A DNA stretch of 64,000 bases from Bacteroidota bacterium (GCA_008933805.1 WBUH01000010.1:37820-101819); one strand, 5' to 3'. Positions 28,174 through 36,565 are shown, counted from the stretch's first letter. The notes: generated from the sequence alone by a model not told the origin. Translations and numbers: made by a program.

Positions 28174-31100
28174 TTATCGTACCAGTGTTACCGTACCTTC
28201 CAGTTTAAACTGCTTAAGGTTTTCAGCCACCAGCAAGTAGAAGTATGTACCAGCAGGAGCAGGGTTTCCGTTAAAATCACCGTTCCAACGGTCTTCAGGT
28301 CGGCTGCCTTCAAACATCAGTTTGCCCCAACGGTCAAAAATCTTAAAGCTGTATTGGGTAAATGTTCCCTTAGTAATGGCTCCGAAATTGTCGTTAACAC
28401 CGTCCCCTTCGGGTGAGAATACATTAGGGATGGTTATCCCTTCGTACACGGTTACTATTTTTTCGATAGTGTCCACACAGCCTTTATCGTTCACCACAAT
28501 AAGGGTAACTTTAAACTGGCCTGGGGTTTCAAATGTGTGTTTAAGGGGATTATCAACAGATTCTTTGCCCTCAACAATCCATTTAAACGAGCTGATGTTT
28601 AGTGTTTTGTTGGTGGCGATAATATCCAAGGGCACAAAACCTTGCTGGGGAGTGAAGTCAAAATCAGCATTGGGGTTATTGTTCACCAATATTTGCACGG
28701 TATCAGCGTAGTTGGCGCAATCGGTTACTTTAAACCAATACGAGGCATTTGTTGAAGGTTGTACAGTGATTGTCGGCGTAGTTTCGTTGGTACTCCACAT
28801 ACCGGGTAGCGAACCGCTTACATTAAGGGTAACTTTTTCGCCCCTGCATATATTAATAACCGGACCGGGGAAAATTGTATCTCCGGGATTGGTAATAACA
28901 TCCACCAGTTGGTCTATCTCATTGTAGCATCCGTTAGCATCCGTATAGCTGTACTTAACAGAGTGCGAACCTGCTCCCAATGTTTTGGGATTGAATGAGT
29001 TGGTATTGGTTCCGTTTACCGTAAACTGCCCGCCCATTGGCGTACCTGATAGCTGAATTAAATCATCTGAGCTACAGTACTGAGTGTTAAGACCGTTAAT
29101 GGCTACGGGAGGAGGTGTACCCACAAATACGGAGTCTTTTACTTTGTTTACGCAACCGTACACAAAATCAACAAAAGTGTATTCAATTACGTGATGCTTT
29201 CCGGCTGTATAAATGGATGGGTCGAATGTATTACCTGATACGGGCAAACCATCAATGGTTATTGCACCGCCGGTAGGGTTGGTTGTAATAGAAATAGGAT
29301 TGCTGTTGAAGCACAGGTTTTTAGTAAGACCAACAATTTGAGGGTTTGGCAAACCCACCACAACAAAGTCTTGAGTGTCTTTTGTACTGCAATTGTTTGC
29401 ATTAGTATAGGTGTATATCACCCTGTGGTTACCCAAACCTGCTGTAGCAGGGGTAAACTGTGTAGCTGCTGTATTATCTAATGTAAAGTTACCACCCGCA
29501 GGAGCTCCTGTAAGCGTTACTTGCGCGGCATCAATACAGTAGTTTGCATTTAGCCCTGTGATATTGGCCGTTGGCTTATCAATAGTGAAAGTACCTACTG
29601 CTGAATCAATACAGCTGTACGTAGGATCTTGGTAGGTATATACCAACCTGTGCGCACCCGTTGCAATTGTTTTGGGGTTTATACTAAATACAGGGTTACC
29701 GTCAAGAGTAAATATACCGCCTGTAGGGTTTGCAGTAAGGCTTACGGTAGCAGCATCGTAGCAATACACCGCGCTTAGCCCTGTAATATTAGGGTTGTTT
29801 TTTATTACATCAACCGTAGCTGTATCGGCATTAGCACATGCACCGTCACTATAATAATATACAACGGTATCTATACCTGCACGGGCAGCCAAAGCAGCAG
29901 GGTCATATTTAGTATCGGCAACACCGTTTACGTAGAAAATACCGCCTGTAGGTGTTCCGGTTAATACTACTTCAGGCTCGCCTGCGCAATAAAAACTGTT
30001 CATCCCGCCAAGGGTAACCACCAAGGTATTGTTTACATCACTCTTTTTGGTATCGCTTGCAGGACAACCGATTGAATCTGTATAAGCATAGATAACGGTA
30101 TGAGTGCCTAATCCCAAAGTACCGGGATTAAAAACCGAGTCTGGCACACCGTTAATGGTAAATATACCTCCGGCGGGAGTTCCTTTTAGTTTAAAGGATG
30201 GTGCCGCGGGGCAATACTGTCCGCCTAAATTATCAATAGCGGCAGTAGGCATATATATAGTAAAATCAACTGTATCAGTTGCCGTGCAACCGCCTACGGT
30301 TGTATCGGTATATTTATATACTACGTAGTGACTACCTAATGAGAAGGTGGAAGGGTCAATGGTATTTTGCTGAGTACCGTCAACATAAAAAGTACCACCT
30401 GTGGGCGTACCCGTAAGAGTTACCACTGAGCCCGATTGACAAATTTTATTAGAAAGACCTGTAATGGTGGTAGGAGGTGCAGGCAAAATGGTTATTTGCT
30501 TAAACACTGTATCAACCTTACCGCAAAGGCCGTCAACCATAAAGGTTACTTTATAAGTACCCGCGCTCCTAAAAGCATGGGCAGCCACCATTGTTTTTAA
30601 AATAGGTGAACCGTCACCAAAATCCCAACGCGGGTTTTTGTAGCAGCTTGATAATGAAGTATTGAAAAACGCTGGAGCGTTTTGGCAAATAGTATCAGGG
30701 GCAGTAACGCTTAAAGGATTAAGAGCAGGAGCTTCACCTATAACTAATGAATCCAGTGCAAAACCTTCAGCTGTACATTGCGAACCTGTTGAGGTAAATG
30801 CCCAACGGAACATTACGCTTGGCTGACCTGCCAGCATATTAAGACAGCGTTTTGCCTCAGCCCATCCACCGCAATATCCTCTGCCGCCGCAACCGCTTCC
30901 CCAGCTACCACATGGGTAACTGCGTGCGTTACCGCTCCAACCGCCAAGGTTATACCAGTTTTTAGTTTCGCAGTTATCAGCATCAGCATTAGAACCTAAG
31001 TTGTTCCAAGTACCTCCACCGTTTGTAGAGTATTGCATGGTAACTACCTCCCAGCTATATTCTACCTCAACTACAAACTGAAAGGCTATGTAGGGTGTTT

Positions 31101-31722
31101 TAAGATTAGTGAAATCGTAGCAAGGCGATGTTAAATAAGAAACGTCGCTATTGGCGTATAGTCCGGTAAGACCACCGTTTGTCCAGCTATTAACACCGTG
31201 GGCTGATTGGCCTGTGTTGGGTTTATTCCTTGCACCCCAAATCCAAGTTGAGTTAGTTCCACCGGCAGTAAAACCGCCGTTGTTGCTTTCAAAACTTTCA
31301 AAGTAAGGAAACGATGATACTTTAGGTACATAAACAAATACCGAAGTATCATTTGCCCTTGTTGGGTCGCCCGGCAAACTGGTATATACCTTTAAGGTAT
31401 TTACTCCACCTGTTAAGGTGTTTAGTTTGGTTGCAAAGGTGTAGTTTATAGAACCCGCAGTTGCAATACTAGCTCCTGTGTAGGTTTCGGTAACTACAGA
31501 ACCTCCGTTAAGGCTATACGAAATATCAAAGTTGGTAATAGCTGCACCTGAGATGTTTGCCACCCTAACAACCACACTATCGGTGCGGGGTGCATTGGTA
31601 CAGTTTAGGGCTGTAGTAGGATATATTACATTAGTAACAGCCAGGTTATTCTGGCCGTTTACCAGAATAGCCGAGAACAATATCAGAACAACAAACAACG
31701 ATTTGTAAAAACCTTTATACAT
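28174..31722 (-). CDS. CARDB/MAM-like/PKD/Ig-repeat surface protein with T9SS type B C-terminal sorting domain
   Basis: I prefer the internal ATG at 31722 (1182 aa) because it gives the signal peptide MYKGFYKSLFVVLILFSAILVNGQ. CARDB-like unit (VVVRVANISGAAITNFDISYSLNGG). MAM/choice-of-anchor-like unit (FPYFESFESNNGGFTAGG). Two PKD units and seven ~75-aa GTP.GG.F repeats. C-terminus IPNVFSPEGDGVNDNF...IFDRWGKLMFE...WNGDFNGNPAPAGTYFY...GTVTLVR is a type B CTD. Confidence 0.85.
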   Translation of the reverse strand: MYKGFYKSLFVVLILFSAILVNGQNNLAVTNVIYPTTALNCTNAPRTDSVVVRVANISGAAITNFDISYSLNGGSVVTETYTGASIATAGSINYTFATKLNTLTGGVNTLKVYTSLPGDPTRANDTSVFVYVPKVSSFPYFESFESNNGGFTAGGTNSTWIWGARNKPNTGQSAHGVNSWTNGGLTGLYANSDVSYLTSPCYDFTNLKTPYIAFQFVVEVEYSWEVVTMQYSTNGGGTWNNLGSNADADNCETKNWYNLGGWSGNARSYPCGSWGSGCGGRGYCGGWAEAKRCLNMLAGQPSVMFRWAFTSTGSQCTAEGFALDSLVIGEAPALNPLSVTAPDTICQNAPAFFNTSLSSCYKNPRWDFGDGSPILKTMVAAHAFRSAGTYKVTFMVDGLCGKVDTVFKQITILPAPPTTITGLSNKICQSGSVVTLTGTPTGGTFYVDGTQQNTIDPSTFSLGSHYVVYKYTDTTVGGCTATDTVDFTIYMPTAAIDNLGGQYCPAAPSFKLKGTPAGGIFTINGVPDSVFNPGTLGLGTHTVIYAYTDSIGCPASDTKKSDVNNTLVVTLGGMNSFYCAGEPEVVLTGTPTGGIFYVNGVADTKYDPAALAARAGIDTVVYYYSDGACANADTATVDVIKNNPNITGLSAVYCYDAATVSLTANPTGGIFTLDGNPVFSINPKTIATGAHRLVYTYQDPTYSCIDSAVGTFTIDKPTANITGLNANYCIDAAQVTLTGAPAGGNFTLDNTAATQFTPATAGLGNHRVIYTYTNANNCSTKDTQDFVVVGLPNPQIVGLTKNLCFNSNPISITTNPTGGAITIDGLPVSGNTFDPSIYTAGKHHVIEYTFVDFVYGCVNKVKDSVFVGTPPPVAINGLNTQYCSSDDLIQLSGTPMGGQFTVNGTNTNSFNPKTLGAGSHSVKYSYTDANGCYNEIDQLVDVITNPGDTIFPGPVINICRGEKVTLNVSGSLPGMWSTNETTPTITVQPSTNASYWFKVTDCANYADTVQILVNNNPNADFDFTPQQGFVPLDIIATNKTLNISSFKWIVEGKESVDNPLKHTFETPGQFKVTLIVVNDKGCVDTIEKIVTVYEGITIPNVFSPEGDGVNDNFGAITKGTFTQYSFKIFDRWGKLMFEGSRPEDRWNGDFNGNPAPAGTYFYLLVAENLKQFKLEGTVTLVR
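28894..30477 (-). repeat. Seven tandem ~75-aa repeats (G-L-x(3)-Y-C ... L-x-G-x-P-x-GG-x-F ... G-x-H-x-V-x-Y-x-Y-T-D)
   Basis: Units begin GLSNKIC, NLGGQYC, LGGMNSFYC, GLSAVYC, GLNANYC, GLTKNLC, GLNTQYC. Each contains (T/K)G(T/A)P.GG.F, F.P...(G/A).G.H and a second Cys. The upper boundary was checked on DNA: the first Pro of PPTTITG lies at 30475-30477. Confidence 0.75.
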
Positions 31723-31744
31723 GATTTCAAAAAAATTTGCCCGA

Positions 31745-31752
31745 CAAAAGTA
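31745..31752 (-). promoter_or_regulatory. Candidate Bacteroidota sigma-A -7 box (TAnnTTTG) for the cargo block
   Basis: The minus strand reads TACTTTTG, with 22 nt between the motif and the ATG at 31722. It is the only such box I see in the 374-nt upstream spacer close to the start. Confidence 0.4.
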
Positions 31753-32018
31753 TAGAGGTCGTATAGCGTAAAAGTTATGCAATGGTTACGGTGTAAGAAC
31801 ACCACCTCTTTTTTAGAAAGCACCCCAAAACCAAAACCGAATACAGACTATTTTTGGTAGTATAAAATCTATATATCAACACATTAAAAAAAAAATAATT
31901 TAGATTTTAAAACTAGAAAACGGATAGCACAGTGGATTATTTTTAGGCTTTAACACCCGCATTAAATACAGTAAAGGTTCTCTTAATATTAGCCATGAAA
32001 GAAACGGCCTAAAATGAG

Positions 32019-32053
32019 AGAAACCCCGCTGCCCTAATGCATCCGGGGTTTCT
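32019..32053 (-). terminator. Probable terminator after the 470-aa orphan gene
   Basis: 10-bp stem AGAAACCCCG (32019-32028) / CGGGGTTTCT (32044-32053) with a 15-nt loop. On the minus strand it is followed by CUCAUUUU. It lies 44 nt past the stop at 32097-32099. The long loop and weak U-run lower confidence. Confidence 0.45.
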
Positions 32054-32096
32054 AAAGTGAGTTAGTAGTAAATACAGGTATTATATCCGCAGTTAC

Positions 32097-33509
32097 TTAA
32101 AACCTAATCAGTTTATACAGCTGTTGGTTATTGATGTTCTTAATCCGTTCCAACTCGGCGTTGTAGCCGGAAAAATCCTTGGCGGCAAGGTGTTGCTTGG
32201 TGATTTTTATAATCTCTTTAATAGGCTTAACGTAAGTATCTTCAAAGTTAAAACGAGAGATGACCCTTGTAAGCAAGCCCAGTTCAGAGTTGATTAATGC
32301 ATAATCACCTGTTTGGGTATAGTTGTAGATATTAAGAATCACGTTTTCTACAGCAATCCAGCAGGTATTATTGTTAAGACTGTTGAAATACTTGCGCGAC
32401 TTAAGCAGCATTGCCGAGCTTTTGTTATAATCACTGATGTAAAACTCTTTCACTGCCATCAGGTAGTAAAAGTAATTCTTCATTGTGTTGCTAAAGTATT
32501 CCAGCTTCTCTTGTGAAAGCAACTGGGTAATTTGCGACGATAATGCCGAACGGTTCCAAATATCAACTTTGCTAAGCACCGACATGAAGATAAAATAGAA
32601 GATGGTACACTCAAACATCTTAAATCCGGTAACCGTATTAATCTGCTCCATAATGTACTTCTGCGTATGCTCAAATTGCTCTTGCGCACCTGTTAGGTAA
32701 TAATACTTACTAAAAAGGCACTGTATAGCAATGTTGCAATTGGGGTAACGGTTTAGCAAAAACGAGTTATGGTAGAGCTTGTGCAACAATACCAACTCTT
32801 TTAATATCTCTTTACTGTCGGCAGTTTCTTTACTTACAGGATATGTAAGACGCAGGGTAAGTTTTGCACTCAGGTATAAAAACGACGATGATTTACAATG
32901 TAAGAATTCATCCACTTGTTTCACTTGCTCAAGCGCATCCTTTGCCTCGTTATAAAAGTAAGAGTTGTTAAAATAGAAGAGGTCTTGCGTATCCAACAAC
33001 TTAGTGTAGAAAAGCTCTTCCAGCTTCATCATGGTTTTCTGCTTGAAATCAGCATCCGTCATCAGGCTTTTATACTGCTGCATCTTTTTCTTATCATGCC
33101 TGTACAGCATCATAAAACAGAAGTAAATCTCCTTCAACTCAGCAAACAACTCCAGCTCAAAGCATTTCTTTTCTATCCGTTGCAGTTCCCGCACCAACGT
33201 TGTAGCATCGTGTGAGTACACCAACCCGCGAAGGTTTTGCACCTTCTCTTTAGTGATGATAACCTCGTTCTTCTCAATCTCAATCTTTACGCTTATCACA
33301 TCTTCGTACAAACGGTTCTTAAGGGTATAAAAACCGGCCGGTTTATCCGCATAGCCCAGTTTCTCAATTATCTCTTTCAAATCCGTTTCATCGCTCTCAT
33401 ACACGTAATTAAGCAAACGCGATTTTTGGGCTTGCTTGCCAATACGTTTTTTAAGCAAAATCATCTCTTTTGCGGTCATGTTTTTAACCGCATTAAATAG
33501 GTAATCCAT
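32097..33509 (-). CDS. Hypothetical all-helical protein (orphan; possible TPR-like scaffold or regulator)
   Basis: 470-aa ORF, rich in K/L/Y/F/N, with no signal peptide or TM segment and helical-repeat-like periodicity. I recognise no catalytic or DNA-binding motif. The coding region is visibly more AT-rich than its neighbours. Confidence 0.55.
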   Translation of the reverse strand: MDYLFNAVKNMTAKEMILLKKRIGKQAQKSRLLNYVYESDETDLKEIIEKLGYADKPAGFYTLKNRLYEDVISVKIEIEKNEVIITKEKVQNLRGLVYSHDATTLVRELQRIEKKCFELELFAELKEIYFCFMMLYRHDKKKMQQYKSLMTDADFKQKTMMKLEELFYTKLLDTQDLFYFNNSYFYNEAKDALEQVKQVDEFLHCKSSSFLYLSAKLTLRLTYPVSKETADSKEILKELVLLHKLYHNSFLLNRYPNCNIAIQCLFSKYYYLTGAQEQFEHTQKYIMEQINTVTGFKMFECTIFYFIFMSVLSKVDIWNRSALSSQITQLLSQEKLEYFSNTMKNYFYYLMAVKEFYISDYNKSSAMLLKSRKYFNSLNNNTCWIAVENVILNIYNYTQTGDYALINSELGLLTRVISRFNFEDTYVKPIKEIIKITKQHLAAKDFSGYNAELERIKNINNQQLYKLIRF

Positions 33510-33665
33510 CGTAGTTTTTCAGTGCAACCCGCAATCATACTTATTAAAGATAATGAGCGTGTTACATCCGAGAAACGTAACAAAATGATAACCCCTTCTT
33601 AATGTAAAGAAAGCCCGTTTTATAACGAAAGAAGAAATGTATTAGAGTTATTAATAGAGAGGATT

Positions 33666-34085
33666 TTAAGCAACTGAGATAATAATAAGTAATACTCCAA
33701 GGGCTAAGTAAACCCAAGGCATAATATCAAACTTTGTTCTAGCAAATGTGATATCAGAATAATCTTGCGGGTTACAATAAATCAAGCATTCTGAACTGCT
33801 TTTAAGACCTGACTTGTTAACTGTATAATTAAATGGCGCGTAAAAATAAAACAACCCCTCTCTGTATTTAACTCTTTGCGCATAGCTCTTTCCGTCAACA
33901 CGATATGAAATATCTACAACTTCAATCCAACCCATATCACCTGAACCATATTCAACACATTCAATTGCTATTGAGTGAACAATCGCTTTAGCCTCCAACC
34001 AACCTGACAATCTTTTTGATTGAAAAAAAAGTCTAACCGACATAAATACTGTATAACATCCCAAAAAGGATAAAAAGTACATCAT
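33666..34085 (-). CDS. Small membrane protein with DUF3592-like topology
   Basis: 139 aa. N-terminal TM (MMYFLSFLGCYTVFMSVRLFF), a beta-rich middle (GWLEAKAIVHSIAIECVEYGS...ISYRVDGKSY) and a C-terminal TM (WVYLALGVLLIIISVA). AT-rich. Confidence 0.45.
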   Translation of the reverse strand: MMYFLSFLGCYTVFMSVRLFFQSKRLSGWLEAKAIVHSIAIECVEYGSGDMGWIEVVDISYRVDGKSYAQRVKYREGLFYFYAPFNYTVNKSGLKSSSECLIYCNPQDYSDITFARTKFDIMPWVYLALGVLLIIISVA

Positions 34086-34121
34086 GTATAAATATTCTTT
34101 AACCGACTATATAATGCACTT

Positions 34122-35666
34122 TTACCCCGCCCAATTCTCTCTATCCAAACTGCGGAACTGGATGGCTTCAGCAAGGTGTTCGGGGCGTATTTCTTCGCTG
34201 GCGGCAAGGTCGGCAATAGTTCGGCTTACTTTTAAGATACGATCGTAAGCACGCGCCGAAAGCTGCAAACGTTCCATGGCTGTTTTCAGTAGTTTCTGCC
34301 CCACAGCACTTATCTGGCAAATCTCCTGTACTTTACTACTGCTCATCATGGCATTGCTATACACAGCAGGATTTCCCTTAAACCGCTCGGTTTGGATATC
34401 GCGGGCTTTCAGCACCCGTTCCCTAACCTCTAAACTATTCTCAGCTTTGCGCTGCTCCGATAACTGGTCGAAACTAACGGGGGTAACCTCAATATGTATG
34501 TCAATCCTGTCCAACAACGGCCCACTCACTTTGCTCAAATACTTTTGTACAACACCGGGGGCACATACGCAATCCTTATCGGGGTGGTTATAATATCCGC
34601 ACGGACACGGGTTCATAGCAGCAACCAACATAAAGCTGGCAGGGTAATCCACTGAAAATTTTGCCCGACTGATGGTTACTCTGCGTTCCTCCAAAGGCTG
34701 GCGCATTACTTCAAGCACGGTACGCTTAAACTCAGGCAATTCATCCAAAAACAATACTCCGTTATGGGCCAATGAAATTTCGCCCGGTTGGGGTACTGCC
34801 CCCCCGCCTACCAGTGCCACATCACTAATAGTGTGGTGCGGCGACCGAAACGGACGTATGGGCGTTAACCCCACGTTTTGCGCAAGCTTACCAGCCACCG
34901 AGTGTATTTTGGTAGTTTCAAGAGCTTCGTGAAGTGTAAGCGGAGGCAATATGCTGGGCAAACGTTTGGCAAGCATTGTTTTGCCGCTACCCGGCGGGCC
35001 TATCATTATTACGTTGTGTCCGCCTGCGGCAGCAATTTCAAGCGCACGTTTAATGTTTTCCTGCCCTTTTACATCGGCAAAATCAAACTCTACATTGGCT
35101 TGCTGCTCGGCAAACTCGCGGCGGGTATCTACTTCAAAACGCTCAATGGCACCTTCATCCCCGTTAAAAAAACTCACCACTTCGCCCAAGTGATTAGCTC
35201 CGTACACCTTAAAATCAGCTACAATAGCAGCTTCGCGTGCATTTTGCACAGGTAATATAAACCCTTCAAAACCCTCTTTGCGGGCTTGTATAGCTATGGG
35301 TAGTGCACCCTTAATGGGCTTCAAACTGCCGTCCAACGATAGTTCACCCATTATCAGGTATTTACCCAGCTTTTCAATTTCAGTTACTTGGTCTGATACG
35401 GCCAACATAGCCGCAGCTATGGTTAAATCATACGCTGAACCTTCTTTGCGTATATCGGCAGGCGCCATGTTTATCACCACCTTTTTGCGAGGCAATTTTA
35501 ATCCCGCATTTTTAAATGCAGTTTCTATGCGCCATTGACTTTCCTTTACGGCATTATCAGGCAAGCCTATTAAAAAATAGCCCGCTCCCTCCCCTGCATT
35601 CACCTCTACAGTAATGGTTTGTGCATTTACTCCATATACGGCACTTCCGTAAGTTTTTACCAGCAT
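34122..35666 (-). CDS. comM: YifB/ComM-family Mg-chelatase-like AAA+ ATPase
   Basis: 514 aa. N-terminus MLVKTYGSAVYGVNAQTITVEVN is typical of the family. Walker A GPPGSGKTM, Walker B VLFLDELPEF, zinc-ribbon-like NPCPCGYYNHPDKDCVC, and a ChlI-like C-terminus. Confidence 0.9.
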   Translation of the reverse strand: MLVKTYGSAVYGVNAQTITVEVNAGEGAGYFLIGLPDNAVKESQWRIETAFKNAGLKLPRKKVVINMAPADIRKEGSAYDLTIAAAMLAVSDQVTEIEKLGKYLIMGELSLDGSLKPIKGALPIAIQARKEGFEGFILPVQNAREAAIVADFKVYGANHLGEVVSFFNGDEGAIERFEVDTRREFAEQQANVEFDFADVKGQENIKRALEIAAAGGHNVIMIGPPGSGKTMLAKRLPSILPPLTLHEALETTKIHSVAGKLAQNVGLTPIRPFRSPHHTISDVALVGGGAVPQPGEISLAHNGVLFLDELPEFKRTVLEVMRQPLEERRVTISRAKFSVDYPASFMLVAAMNPCPCGYYNHPDKDCVCAPGVVQKYLSKVSGPLLDRIDIHIEVTPVSFDQLSEQRKAENSLEVRERVLKARDIQTERFKGNPAVYSNAMMSSSKVQEICQISAVGQKLLKTAMERLQLSARAYDRILKVSRTIADLAASEEIRPEHLAEAIQFRSLDRENWAG

Positions 35667-35942
35667 TGCTACCCTTGAAATTTTTGGTAAATGTATTTAT
35701 TTCTCTGTATAAAGGGTATAAAAACATCATAGAAGGCTTGTACTTAATTCAATACTATAGTGCTTATATAAAAAATTACACTATCTTTGGTGTGATTAGC
35801 TTGCGGCTAGTAATGTCGACTCCTCAAAAAGCCGCCTATCATTCTACCCCCTCTCTGCTCCGGCAAATTATCACCGCACTGCACAACCAATTCGCAAACA
35901 AACGAGTAAATGCTGCCTTAGGTGTCCCTTTCAACACAGTTT

Positions 35943-36503
35943 ATGGTTATACATATAAAATACATGGTGAGTTTACGCTGCAAAATGGTAGTGAAAAACG
36001 AGCTGAAACTTCTTGGCTTGCATTACATTTTTGTGGATCTTGGAATGGTTGAAGTATTAGAAGAAATTACTCCCGACCAATTACAGTTACTCAAAATAAG
36101 TCTTAAAAAATCAGGACTGGAACTATTGGATGACAAAAAAAGCATTCTAATAGAAAAGATAAAAAATGTGGTTACTGAGATGATACATTACTCTGACGAA
36201 TTGCCCAAAGCAAATTACTCAGACTACATCAGCGAGAAACTAAATTTGGATTATACCTACTTGTCTAACATTTTTTCGGAAGTGAAGGGAATAACCCTAC
36301 AGCAGTATATCATCATCCACAAGATTGAACGGGTGAAAGAATTACTGTTGTATGACGAGCTTAACCTAACCGAAATATCATACAAACTGCACTACAGCAG
36401 TGTGGCGCATCTATCCAACCAGTTTAAAAAAATTACAGGGCTTTCGCCTACTTATTACAAGAAATTAGGCCAAAAAAGAAAAAGCAATTTAGAAAACATG
36501 TGA
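35943..36503 (+). CDS. AraC-family transcriptional regulator with degenerate HMA-like N-terminal domain
   Basis: I prefer the ATG at 35943 (186 aa) over the GTG at 35922. The N-terminus IHIKYMVSLRCKMVVKNELKLLGLHY resembles a heavy-metal-associated fold lacking the CxxC pair. The C-terminal AraC HTH pair reads YSDYISEKLNLDYTYLSNIFSEVKGITLQQY...LNLTEISYKLHYSSVAHLSNQFKKITGLSP. Confidence 0.8.
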   Translation: MVIHIKYMVSLRCKMVVKNELKLLGLHYIFVDLGMVEVLEEITPDQLQLLKISLKKSGLELLDDKKSILIEKIKNVVTEMIHYSDELPKANYSDYISEKLNLDYTYLSNIFSEVKGITLQQYIIIHKIERVKELLLYDELNLTEISYKLHYSSVAHLSNQFKKITGLSPTYYKKLGQKRKSNLENM

Positions 36504-36504
36504 T

Positions 36505-36565
36505 TTGTGTAACAGATTACAAATGTTGTGTAACAAGTTGTTATTAAAACGCCTGCATCTTTGTA
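36505..36565 (+). promoter_or_regulatory. Operator/promoter: TGTAAC direct repeats 21 bp apart plus a -7-like CTTTGTA, upstream of the CsbD-like gene
   Basis: TTGTGTAACA at 36505-36514 and again at 36526-36535. TTAAAAC, TGCA and CTTTGTA (36559-36565) follow. The same 58-nt architecture recurs at 38395-38452 with identical spacings. It lies 2 nt downstream of the AraC stop and 40 nt upstream of the ATG at 36605. Confidence 0.55.

Noticed and set aside
27778-28416. 212-aa plus-strand ORF spanning the junction between two cargo genes
   Set aside because: It is antisense to the 5' end of the 2657-aa gene and the 3' end (type B CTD) of the 1182-aa gene. It has no recognisable features, and both sense genes are well supported.
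8574-30477. Regular ~230-260-nt periodicity that could be mistaken for a repeat array or CRISPR
   Set aside because: The periodicity is protein-coding (Ig-like, PKD and GG.F repeats). It is degenerate at the DNA level, has no short identical direct repeats with unique spacers, and no cas genes are present.
31723-31782. Longer N-terminal extensions offered by the track (31782 here; also 54591, 46200, 40994, 35922, 58790, 60450, 60510)
   Set aside because: In each case an internal ATG gives a canonical signal peptide, lipobox or family-typical N-terminus. The extension would overlap a neighbouring gene or a promoter box. The choices remain predictions.
31863-31909. 9-bp inverted repeat TAAAATCTA / TAGATTTTA and an A10 tract upstream of the cargo block, considered as an invertible or phase-variable promoter
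   Set aside because: The repeats are short, AT-rich and only 29 nt apart. No site-specific recombinase gene is nearby. The arrangement is consistent with chance in an AT-rich spacer.
33560-33582. TGTTAC-N11-GTAACA palindrome upstream of the 470-aa orphan, sharing the GTAACA hexamer with the AraC-type operator
   Set aside because: Only a hexamer is shared. The orientation is inverted rather than direct, and the spacing and flanking blocks are not conserved. It is likely coincidental.
35621-36052. 143-aa plus-strand ORF across the comM / AraC intergenic region
   Set aside because: It overlaps the comM start and is out of frame with the AraC-family gene. The AraC frame has clear HTH motifs and this ORF has none.
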